NCBI GenBank assembly: GCA_965200375.1
Contig: OZ241353.1
Coordinates: 1,153,797-1,217,796, forward strand
Origin: Candidatus Azotimanducaceae bacterium
Lineage (GTDB): Bacteria > Pseudomonadota > Gammaproteobacteria > Pseudomonadales > Azotimanducaceae
Direction: 5' to 3'
DNA length: 64,000 nt
This document shows, piece by piece, positions 30,081 through 38,547 of this stretch. The position numbers and the translations under genes were made by a program. The notes beneath the pieces were generated by a model that was given only the letters and a program-made list of their open reading frames with translations, was not told where the DNA came from and searched no databases. Position 1 is the first letter of the stretch, and each line of letters starts with the position of its first letter.

Positions 30081-30900
30081 ATGGCCGCGAGCGGATTGAA
30101 CAGGGCGCCCTCGTTGGCGGGGCAACCGAGTTCCGGGGACTTGGAGGCGGCCGGTTACCCGCACGTGCGGCTCGGCAGGGCAAACTTGGTGTGTGCGGAC
30201 TGCACGGACTGGCTGCGCCGCCAAGCGCCCAAATTCCATCCACGCCGTGGTGACCGATCCGCCCTATGGCTTGTTGGAGTACACGCCGAAGGAACAGGCG
30301 AAGCTGCATCGGGGCAAGGGCGGCGTTTGGCGTCTGCCGCCCGCCTTCGATGGCGTTCGCAGGTCGCCAGTGCCGCGCTTCACTGTGCTCACGCCAGCGA
30401 ACCGCGAGCAGGTGGCCGCGTTCTTCCGCGATTGGGCGGCGCTGCTGCTCCCCGTGCTCGTGCCCGGCGCAAACGTGGTGGTGGCGGCCAATCCCCTGCT
30501 CTCCTACTTGGTTGCGGGGGCGCTTGCGGCCGCCGGCTTGGAACGGCGCGGCGAAATCGTCCGCTTGGTGATCACCATGCGCGGCGGCGACCGCCCGAAA
30601 GGCGCCCACGAAGAGTTCGCGGAAGTCAGCGCCATGCCGCGCTCCATGTGGGAGCCATGGCTGGTGTTCCGCAAGCCCCTTGAGGGCAGAGTGCAGGACA
30701 ACCTGCGCAAGTGGCGCTGCGGCGGATTCCGGCGGCCGGCCGAAGATCGCCCCTTCGGCGACGTGATCCGCTCCGCCCCAACCCGCAAGGAGGGGCGAGC
30801 GCTCTCGCCGCACCCGAGCCTGAAGCCGCAGGCGTTTCTGCGCCAGCTCGTGCGCGGTGTGCTGCCGCTCGGCGGGTTGTTGGGCATGGCGGCAATATAG
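30081..30900 (+). pseudogene. DNA N4/N6-methyltransferase (DPPY type), frameshifted near 30228-30233 and 3'-truncated
   Basis: Frame a reads ANLVCADCTDWLRRQAP. Frame b reads NSIHAVVTDPPYGL (motif IV) ... HPSLKPQAFLRQLV. The ORF then stops before any FxGxG SAM motif. The shift occurs in a CCCAAA run. Confidence 0.6.
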
Positions 30901-30908
30901 CACCGTGC
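30885..30908 (+). repeat. 24-bp direct repeat, copy 1 (CATGGCGGCAATATAGCACCGTGC)
   Basis: 23/24 identical to 45152-45175 in the same orientation. It sits exactly at the truncated 3' end of the methyltransferase pseudogene. Confidence 0.8.
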
Positions 30909-30969
30909 GCCTGCTGCCTTGCGAGAGCGCGAGGGCGTTCCTTTCCAGCGTGGCGAAGCGCCTCGCGGC

Positions 30970-32226
30970 TCACCAATCGGCGATCTGCGCCAAGCCGTGG
31001 TTCTCGATCTGGTGCCGAACGACATAGCTGGACACGCCGAACTCGAGCGCTAGGTCGTCCACGTCGTCCAGCGGGATGCGCTCGCTCCGCAGCTCTTTTC
31101 GCAAGGCTTCGGCCGGGGCCAGGAATTCGGCGGCGAATGCCCTCGACTGCGCCTGCCGGTCGGTTGCCAATCCACTCAGAATCGCCGGCCCCTGCGTGGT
31201 ACGGCCCAAGTAGTCGCCAAGGGCCCGGGCAAGGAGGAAACGTCGCGCCGTTTCACGACCGTTCGCAACGGCACATGCGGGGCTTTCCGCTGCGACCAAT
31301 CCTTGGATGCCCTTGGTCGGGGGCTGCATCGTGACGCAGGGAATCGCCTCGGCCCCCGTCTTGGCGAAGTCGTAGCGCAAAGCTCCCGGTTGCAGTAGTG
31401 CGCGGGCAGCGCGGGCCAGATTGTGTCCGCGCCTGTAGGGCTCCTGGGCCGAGGAGCGCTGCAGCTCCCGGCGGAAGGCTCCCCAGTCGCCACTGGCGAA
31501 GCTGTCGACGCGCTCCGTGGCATGCGTCAGCCAGTCGGCCAGCGGTGCCAGGTTCTGTTCGCTTGCTGTTGCCAAGGCGTCCTCGCGAAGGGGCGGAGCG
31601 GCGCGGTTCCAGAAATCGATGATCTGATCAGCCAGATCTTGGGGCATGGCGAAAGGATCCCGGCCAAGCAACGCCGCACCCCTGCAGAACTCGCGCTCGT
31701 CTGCGTCGGCGGCTTGGATGGCGCCCCACTCGTCGCGCAGAGGTGCCGCCGCTGGGTGGTCGTCGGCGAGCCGGTCCAGCACCGCTTCCACGAGATCGCC
31801 GAAAGCCGATTCAAGCGCATCGCGATCAACCTGCGCTTCGCCCTGTTCCGTGAACTCTATGGCGCTGTGGCTAGGCCGATAGCGCAGCCAACGAAGCGAC
31901 ATCTTTTCCGGCGTCGGCGCGATCGTCAGGCTAGGAAGCAGGTAGCCATCGCCGACGCAAGCGAAGTCGTGCGCCTCTGCGAAGTCCGGGCGCGGCGTTC
32001 TGGAATCCCCCACCTCGTGAAAGAGCCGCCACCAGTTGCCCACCAGCCACTGCGCGACGAATCCCAGAGGCGTCACCACGTGATTCCGACAGGAGCGGCT
32101 TCGACGGTCCAGCACGGATGTCACTACCGCGTCCACTTCGATGGTCAGCGCCGCCATCGTGGACTGCGCGAGCGAGTCGGCGGATGGCGCCGCCTCAACC
32201 CAGTCGAAGTGGACGCGAATGGTCAT
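30970..32226 (-). CDS. ImmA/IrrE-family metallopeptidase-domain protein with a large unknown N-terminal domain
   Basis: The C-terminal FAAEFLAPAEALRKEL...LALEFGVSSYVVRHQIENHGL is typical of the ImmA/IrrE (DUF955) tail. No adjacent Xre-type HTH gene was seen. Confidence 0.6.
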   Translation of the reverse strand: MTIRVHFDWVEAAPSADSLAQSTMAALTIEVDAVVTSVLDRRSRSCRNHVVTPLGFVAQWLVGNWWRLFHEVGDSRTPRPDFAEAHDFACVGDGYLLPSLTIAPTPEKMSLRWLRYRPSHSAIEFTEQGEAQVDRDALESAFGDLVEAVLDRLADDHPAAAPLRDEWGAIQAADADEREFCRGAALLGRDPFAMPQDLADQIIDFWNRAAPPLREDALATASEQNLAPLADWLTHATERVDSFASGDWGAFRRELQRSSAQEPYRRGHNLARAARALLQPGALRYDFAKTGAEAIPCVTMQPPTKGIQGLVAAESPACAVANGRETARRFLLARALGDYLGRTTQGPAILSGLATDRQAQSRAFAAEFLAPAEALRKELRSERIPLDDVDDLALEFGVSSYVVRHQIENHGLAQIADW

Positions 32227-32609
32227 TGAAGCCCCCGCACGCGCTGCCTAGGTTGAAGCGGGTAGCCGTGGTATTCGCCAGAACCAAGGGCGCCTTGGCG
32301 AGCCTCGTAGACCGTCATTCCTCACGGTGCCAAACACCGGTGCGGCCAGCAAGGACGCTTGCGCGAAGCCACGCTTCCACACGCGGACGATCCGATGTCA
32401 GTTCCCTTGGGCAATCGTGGCGTCCGGACGTCTTGCGGCCGAACGCCCGGCGGTCGGCCCGGCGGGGTGGTAGGGGCTCCCGCGACACTTCGCCGCCACG
32501 AGCGCAATGTCCACATCGGGAGGCTGTGGCCGAACCGGCCGAGGCTTGGGTTGTTCCGATGGAATGTCGGTTTTCGCACCCAAGTACCTAGGCACCGAAG
32601 CCCGCGTGG

Positions 32610-35600
32610 CTACCGGCGCGTCACGCGCAGATCGAGGTAGAAGTTCCTGCCGAAGTCCTGATGCGCGTCGGCCAGATAGCCGAAGTAGCGGTCCGCCAGC
32701 GGCGCGCGCTCGTCGGTCAGGTTTCTGGCGCCGAAGCGCATGCGCACGTCCGAGCCTCGCCAATCCAGGGAATAGTCCACCGTGGCGTTCAGCGTCGTCA
32801 TCGGTGCCAGCCACCAGCGCAGCCCCGTTTCGTCGGAGCATGGCGTCGTCGACGGCACGTCGTCGCAGTCCAAGGTGAGGGACTCCTGGTACAGCTTGCC
32901 GATGCGCACGCCGGAGAGGCTTGCGGCCAGCGGGCCCTTGGACCAGGCCACCCGCAGATTGTGCTTCTGCTTCTGGTTGCCGTTGCGGTAGATCAGGTCG
33001 TCGAAACCGCGAATCGGAATGCTGGCCGGCAACGCGCCGGCGTCTTGCGCCGCCAAGAGAGCGGCGGCTTGGCCCCCCGGCTCCTGCTCGAAAGTGTCCA
33101 GGAAAGAAGCGGAATACCTGATGCTGAACGTGCCAGCCTCCACTTCGAACCGGTAGGAAAGGCTGGTGTCGAAGCCTCGCAACGTGCGCGTATCCAGGTT
33201 CGCGTAGCGGTCGTTGACGCGAATCACGTCGCCGGCCGGGCAGATTCCTGCGGCCCGGTAGATCGCGGCAACGTCTTCGTCCACCTCGTCGCTGCGCACC
33301 ACGGCCGGATTGGCCTGTAGCGCCGCGCAGTTGCCGCCGCCGTGTTGCAGGCGCAGCAGCGCGTCCAGCGTAGTGTGGTTCTCTTCGCCGAACAGGCCGA
33401 TGGTGTCGGTCTTCTCGATGCTCCAGTAGTCCAGCGTGAAGGTCAGCCCCTTGACGGGTTCGAAGACCACCCCCACGGAAGCGTTGTCGGAGCGCTCCGA
33501 TTCCAGGGCGTCGCTGCCGCGAGCGGTGCGCTGCACCGAATTGCGGCAGTCGAGGATGTCCTGCCCAGGGTCGCCGCCGGCGTTGGCGGCGTAGATGCAG
33601 GCGTAGTCGTTGCGGGTGTTCTGACGTGCCACGATGGTCTCGTTGACGGTCACCAGATTGGGGGCGCGAAACGCTTGGGACCAGGAGGCGCGCAGCAGAA
33701 CCGCGTCGTGGGGCCGCCAGCCGCCCGCGATCTTGCCCACCACGGTGTCGCCCACGTCCGAAAAGCGCTCGTAGCGCACTGCCGCCTGCACGTCGACGTC
33801 TTCCAGCACCGGAATGTGCAGTTCGGCGAACAGAGACGTGACGTTCCGGCTGCCCTTGTTGTCGGGCGTCGGGCTGGAGTTGACCACGTCCGAGACGAAC
33901 GGGAAGGTGTCGCCGTCGAAGTCCGTGAAGGCGATGGTGCCGTCCAGGCGCGGATCCCGGTCGTCTTCGAAGGATTCGCGTCGGAGCTCGGCGCCGGCGG
34001 CGAAGCCCACCGGGCCGGCCGGCAGATTGAACAGCCCGTCACGGTTCAGCTGGAAGTCGACCATGGTGAGGGACATCTCGTTGTTCCGGTAGACGTCCAC
34101 CAGCGCCCGTTCCAAATTGCTGTTCACGCCCTCGGCGAACGGGTTGTAGGCGGCCGGCGTGGCATCCCGCAGCGCCGCCGTCATCAGCGAGTTGGATACC
34201 CGGTTGCGGGTCACGTCTTCGCGGGTTGCCCTGGAGTGGAGCACCGCGGCTTCCCAGTCCCACTCCCCGGCGCTGCCGCGCAGGCCCTGCAGCAGACGGT
34301 AGACGGTACCGCTGTTGTCGACGATGCGGGGCACTTCCGCGTAGCGGTAGTTGTCGACAGTGAGGTCCAGGCCTTCGCAGGGCACGTCTGGAATCACGCT
34401 CTCCGGCAGCCGGTTCGGCGAACCGCAGGGGCCGAACGGGTTGTAGTGGTTCTGGGCGCCGACGCGCAGCCGCACCGAGGAGAAGGAGTACGAGGCGTGG
34501 CGACGCAGATTGGTGTCGGACTGGTAGAGCATGAACTCCGAGAAGCTCTCGATGCCGTTGTCGAAGTCGTGGTTGAGGAACGCGAACAACGTGCGCCGAT
34601 CCAGTTCCGCGGAGACATCGCGAAACCCGTTCAGGTTGTACCGCTCGGTGCCCTGGCCGTCGGGGGCGCCGCAGAGCCGGTCGTTCAGCACCCACTCGCA
34701 GCGCTCGTCGCCGGCGGGGTACACCTCGAACTCGCCGGCGCCGTCGGTCAGGTGGCGCACGCCCGAGCGGCTGGCGTTGGGGAACACGTCGAACTGGCCG
34801 TAGAACGAGTGCGCGCTGGTGTTGCGCAGCCGGGTGTCGCCGTCCCAGGGGGAGCTCTCGTCCACGAAATCCCGCAGGTCCCCCGTGGCCCAGCGCGGAT
34901 CTTCGTCGGCGCGCACCCGGCCCCGGGACTGCCAGCTGCCCATTACGCTCAGGTTGGTGCGGCCGCCGTTGAAGTCCCCGCCCCAGGCGAAGTCCAGGTT
35001 CACCGGCTTGCGATCCAGACGCTCGTACCAGCCGTAGCGGGCCCGAACCCGAAAGCCGCGGTAGTCGCTCTGCAAGACGTGGTTGACGACGCCGGCCACG
35101 GCGTCCGCCCCGTACACCGCGGAAGCGCCGTCCTTCAGCACTTCCACCCGCTCGATGCCGTACACCGGAATGGTGTTCGAGTTGACGGTGTTCACCGGCA
35201 CGAAGCTGCCGCCCACTTCCTCGGTCTGGTAGCTGGCGGCGTTCACCAGACGGCGGCCGTTGACCAGCACCAGGGTGTTGCCGGTGCCGAGGTTGCGCAG
35301 GTTGAAGGCGCCGATGTCGCCCCGGGCCGAGTTCACGCCGCCGCTGATGTTCTCGGCCTCGTTGAAGAAGTTCTGCCCCTGCTCCGGCAGCAGTTCGAGC
35401 AGTTCGTCTCCGGAATCCACGCCGAAGGCGTCGATGTCGTCGGCGCTGAACACCGACACCGGCAGCACGCCGGCGATGTCCGCGCCGCGAATGTGCGTTC
35501 CGGTGACGACGATCTCTTCGATCTCCTCTTGCTGCTCTTCTTGCGGTTGTTCCTGTTGCTCGGCCGTGGAAGGCAAGGCAACGGCGGCCGCTGCGGCCGA

Positions 35601-35627
35601 AGCCGCCAACGCGAGGGGTGCTCTCAT
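32610..35627 (-). CDS. TonB-dependent receptor
   Basis: Signal peptide MRAPLALAASAAAAAVALPSTA and plug region EEIVVTGTHIRG...NLRNLGTGNTLVLVNGRR. About 1000 aa, beta-barrel-like composition. Confidence 0.9.
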   Translation of the reverse strand: MRAPLALAASAAAAAVALPSTAEQQEQPQEEQQEEIEEIVVTGTHIRGADIAGVLPVSVFSADDIDAFGVDSGDELLELLPEQGQNFFNEAENISGGVNSARGDIGAFNLRNLGTGNTLVLVNGRRLVNAASYQTEEVGGSFVPVNTVNSNTIPVYGIERVEVLKDGASAVYGADAVAGVVNHVLQSDYRGFRVRARYGWYERLDRKPVNLDFAWGGDFNGGRTNLSVMGSWQSRGRVRADEDPRWATGDLRDFVDESSPWDGDTRLRNTSAHSFYGQFDVFPNASRSGVRHLTDGAGEFEVYPAGDERCEWVLNDRLCGAPDGQGTERYNLNGFRDVSAELDRRTLFAFLNHDFDNGIESFSEFMLYQSDTNLRRHASYSFSSVRLRVGAQNHYNPFGPCGSPNRLPESVIPDVPCEGLDLTVDNYRYAEVPRIVDNSGTVYRLLQGLRGSAGEWDWEAAVLHSRATREDVTRNRVSNSLMTAALRDATPAAYNPFAEGVNSNLERALVDVYRNNEMSLTMVDFQLNRDGLFNLPAGPVGFAAGAELRRESFEDDRDPRLDGTIAFTDFDGDTFPFVSDVVNSSPTPDNKGSRNVTSLFAELHIPVLEDVDVQAAVRYERFSDVGDTVVGKIAGGWRPHDAVLLRASWSQAFRAPNLVTVNETIVARQNTRNDYACIYAANAGGDPGQDILDCRNSVQRTARGSDALESERSDNASVGVVFEPVKGLTFTLDYWSIEKTDTIGLFGEENHTTLDALLRLQHGGGNCAALQANPAVVRSDEVDEDVAAIYRAAGICPAGDVIRVNDRYANLDTRTLRGFDTSLSYRFEVEAGTFSIRYSASFLDTFEQEPGGQAAALLAAQDAGALPASIPIRGFDDLIYRNGNQKQKHNLRVAWSKGPLAASLSGVRIGKLYQESLTLDCDDVPSTTPCSDETGLRWWLAPMTTLNATVDYSLDWRGSDVRMRFGARNLTDERAPLADRYFGYLADAHQDFGRNFYLDLRVTRR

Positions 35628-35673
35628 GGACTGTTCCTTGGGGCCGCGGGGTTGGCGGCGCATTCGGCGGATC

Positions 35674-38340
35674 CTAGGGGATCCCGCCGCCCGTCGCCAG
35701 CGCCGCGAAGGCTTCGCGCAGCATCGAGCGGGCCCGCCGCAGGGCCGATGCCGTCGCCTCCAGCCACGCCTGGTCGGCGTCCAGCCCGCGCCGGTGGGCG
35801 GCCAGCGAGCGTTCCATCTCGGCGGGCTGCGGCCCCCCGAAGCCCTTGCGCCCGGCGATCAGCGCCGTCGGCTCCATCGCCTGCCGTACTCTGTCGGGCG
35901 CAAGCGGCAGCGGGCCGCCGACGGTATCGGCATATGCGCGCCGCAGTTCGGCGTCGGTCAGCTCCGCGGAGCGCCGGCCCGTGGCGCGGCAGACGTCCAC
36001 CAGCGCCGAAGCGTAGCCGTGCGCGGCCCGGAACGGAACGCCGGCTTCCCGGACCAGCACGTCGGCGACTTCCGTCATCGTCGAATAGCCGCGCCGGATT
36101 TCCTCCAGGGCGCGTTCCGCGTCCAACTCGATGGACTCGATCAGCGCAGCGTACCGGCGATACATCGAGTCGGCTTGGTCGGCGAGGGCCAGCAGCGGGG
36201 CGATTTGCCGGTAGTCGTGCATGCCGGTGTTGGCGTTGTGCGCCAGCAGGATGATCTCCTGCGCCTTGGCGACGGTCGTGCTGGCGGCGCTGCGCAGGCG
36301 GTCGATGGGCCGCGGATTGCGCTTCTGCGGCATGATGCTGCTGCCGCTGGTGGTCACGGCGTCCAGCGCGATCCACGGGCGCGGATCGTGGTACTGGGTA
36401 TGGATGTTCTGGGCGAACTGGCCGACGACGACGGCGGACTGCGCCAGCGCCGCGGCGAACTCCAGCTTGTAGTCCACGGACGCCACCAGGTTCGCATCGA
36501 AGCTGTTCGGAAGCGCCGCCGAGAAGCCGAGCAGTTCCGCCAGCCGATGGCGGTTCAAGGGGAAGCCGGAAGTGCCCAGCGCCGCGGCGCCCAAGGGGCT
36601 CCGGTTGAGGCGCGCGTAGCCTTCTCGCATGCGCTGGAAGTCCCGCTCCAACGCCGCCGAGAAGGCCAGCAGCACATGGCCGAAGGCGGTGGGCTGCGCC
36701 GGTACGCCGTGGGTGTAGGCCGGCACCGGCGCGCCGGCTTCCGCTTGCGCCAGTTCGATCAGCGCCTGCCGCGCCCGCTCCATGCCGCGGGCCGTCCGCA
36801 GCCAGCGCTGCCGGGCCACCATGCGCCGCGCCGTGCCGTGCAGGTCCTGGCGCGAACGGCCCAAGTGGATGTCGGCGGCCTCGACGCCGGCCAGCTCGAT
36901 CAGGCGCTGTTCGATGTCCAGATAGTTGGCCGAGCGCCCGGCGCCCGGCCGCGCCTGCTCCTCTTCGATCCAGTCGAGGGCCCCGGCGATGGCAGCGGCC
37001 CGTCGGGCCGGCAGCAGGCCCTCCTCCGCCAGCATCGCCAGCGACGCCCGGTTGGCGGCCAGCAGGTGGCAGAACTGGTCCGCGCAAGGCGGAACGTCGG
37101 CGTCGACAGCCGCCAGCACGTCCACCAGGGCATCTGCGAAGGCGACCGCGGAACTGCCGATCAGGGCGCGATCCTCCTCGTCGGCCACCTCGAAGGTGAT
37201 AGACGGAACGCCGAAGCGCCGGTGGAAGTAGTTCTTCGCCGTTCCCAGTTCGCGCAGAGGGCGTGGGGCGTTCTCGAAAGCGTACACGCCCTGCCGGTTC
37301 TGGGCGGCTGCAAGCCAGTTGGCCGCGAACTCCGGCGGGCGGGTCGGCGCGTTGGCGTCCTGGGTGTAGAACACGTTGCGCCGGGTGGAGTGGAAGTCCA
37401 GCACCAGGCGGGGCCGCTTCCGCCGCCGTTCCAGCTGCGCCACCAGATCGCGGACCGCCCGCGTCTCCGGCTGGGTGAACGGCCCCCAGTCGCGATTGAG
37501 GTCCGTCTGCCCGGCGTTGTGCCGCCAGTGGCCGTTCGCCACGCCGTCCGGGTTCAGCATCGGCGCCAGCACCAGGCCGTGGCTGTCGAAGAACCGACAG
37601 CGCGGCCCGGGCGCCGGGCACTCCCGCCGTTCGGCTTCCACCAGGTGCTCGGCGAAGCGCAGGAACGCATGGGCGCCGCTCACTTCCGGCGGGTGCTGGC
37701 GGCCCAGCAGCAGCAGGTAGCCGGGCGCTTCGGGTCCGACGTGCATGGCCCAGATCGGCCGCCCTTGCAGCGAGCGGCCGATCTCGAACCACGAGGCCGA
37801 GGCGGACTCGGCGAGGCGCCGGCGCCACTCGTCGTAGAAGGCGACGTTCCAGTTTTCCTGCGCCGAAACGTAGAGCCCGCGCGCATTCGGTCGCAGGCGG
37901 AACACGGCTCCGCCGGCAGCCGCTTCCGCATCCGTGTCGGACAGGCGCTGCCACGACCGGCCGTCGGCACTGACCTTCGGCGGATAGCGGTGTTCGTGCC
38001 CCGCGTAGCGCAGCTGCACGCGCACCTCGCCGGCGTTCGCCCTCAGGGCGCGGACGTGGAAGCCGTACCAGGGACTGGGGTTGATCCGGCCGCCGTCTTC
38101 CGGCGCGACGTCCACCAGCACGGCGCTGGCGTCCAGAACCTCGCAGCCGCTCAAGCGGGCGCCCGGGTAGTCCGCGCGAAGGGCGAACGCGCCGGTGTCG
38201 CACGCATCCGTCTCGCCGCCGAGCGCTGCCAGCGCGGCGAAGCACAGCACCGCCAGCCATGCTGGCCGGGCCGGCCTTGCCGTTCGCGCCAGAGAGCGGC
38301 AAACCGACGGGTTCCTTCGACCTGTTCGCATGAGGTCCAT
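35674..38340 (-). CDS. Fusion protein: signal peptide + M14 zinc carboxypeptidase-like domain + argininosuccinate-lyase-like (fumarate lyase superfamily) domain
   Basis: N-terminal half: GRPIWAMHVG...GRQHPPEVSG...LNPDGVANGHWRHNAGQTDLNRDW (M14). C-terminal half: HLGRSRQDL, YTHGVPAQP, SGSSIMPQKRNP (lyase-1 signature). It is one uninterrupted frame. Start was chosen at MDLMRTGRR. Confidence 0.7.
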   Translation of the reverse strand: MDLMRTGRRNPSVCRSLARTARPARPAWLAVLCFAALAALGGETDACDTGAFALRADYPGARLSGCEVLDASAVLVDVAPEDGGRINPSPWYGFHVRALRANAGEVRVQLRYAGHEHRYPPKVSADGRSWQRLSDTDAEAAAGGAVFRLRPNARGLYVSAQENWNVAFYDEWRRRLAESASASWFEIGRSLQGRPIWAMHVGPEAPGYLLLLGRQHPPEVSGAHAFLRFAEHLVEAERRECPAPGPRCRFFDSHGLVLAPMLNPDGVANGHWRHNAGQTDLNRDWGPFTQPETRAVRDLVAQLERRRKRPRLVLDFHSTRRNVFYTQDANAPTRPPEFAANWLAAAQNRQGVYAFENAPRPLRELGTAKNYFHRRFGVPSITFEVADEEDRALIGSSAVAFADALVDVLAAVDADVPPCADQFCHLLAANRASLAMLAEEGLLPARRAAAIAGALDWIEEEQARPGAGRSANYLDIEQRLIELAGVEAADIHLGRSRQDLHGTARRMVARQRWLRTARGMERARQALIELAQAEAGAPVPAYTHGVPAQPTAFGHVLLAFSAALERDFQRMREGYARLNRSPLGAAALGTSGFPLNRHRLAELLGFSAALPNSFDANLVASVDYKLEFAAALAQSAVVVGQFAQNIHTQYHDPRPWIALDAVTTSGSSIMPQKRNPRPIDRLRSAASTTVAKAQEIILLAHNANTGMHDYRQIAPLLALADQADSMYRRYAALIESIELDAERALEEIRRGYSTMTEVADVLVREAGVPFRAAHGYASALVDVCRATGRRSAELTDAELRRAYADTVGGPLPLAPDRVRQAMEPTALIAGRKGFGGPQPAEMERSLAAHRRGLDADQAWLEATASALRRARSMLREAFAALATGGGIP

Positions 38341-38547
38341 CGTAACGCCCCACGGTCTCCGCCAGTACGCCTTCAGCAGCGCTCCAGGCGGTACTGGCGG
38401 AGCTAGCGAGGCAACGTCTTCACCTGCAAGCCGCGAGCCGTCCGGACAACGCCTTGCCTTGGGTGGCCAGAACCAGTCCTCGCCGCTGGGCCACTGCGAG
38501 GGCTGCCTTACGCACACCTGTATGGTTCATGCTGTAGCGTCTACGCG

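Noticed and set aside
30504-31025. 173-aa minus ORF starting at the ATG inside 24-bp repeat copy 1
   Set aside because: It is antisense to the methyltransferase pseudogene, has an Arg/Ser/Pro-rich composition and carries no motif. The shared ATG comes from the duplicated 24-mer rather than a real gene start.
33342-38406. Long ORFs 33342..36254 (+), 35260..38406 (+) and 35624..38353 (-)
   Set aside because: They are antisense or out of frame relative to the TonB-dependent receptor and the peptidase-lyase fusion. They have no motifs and a biased composition.
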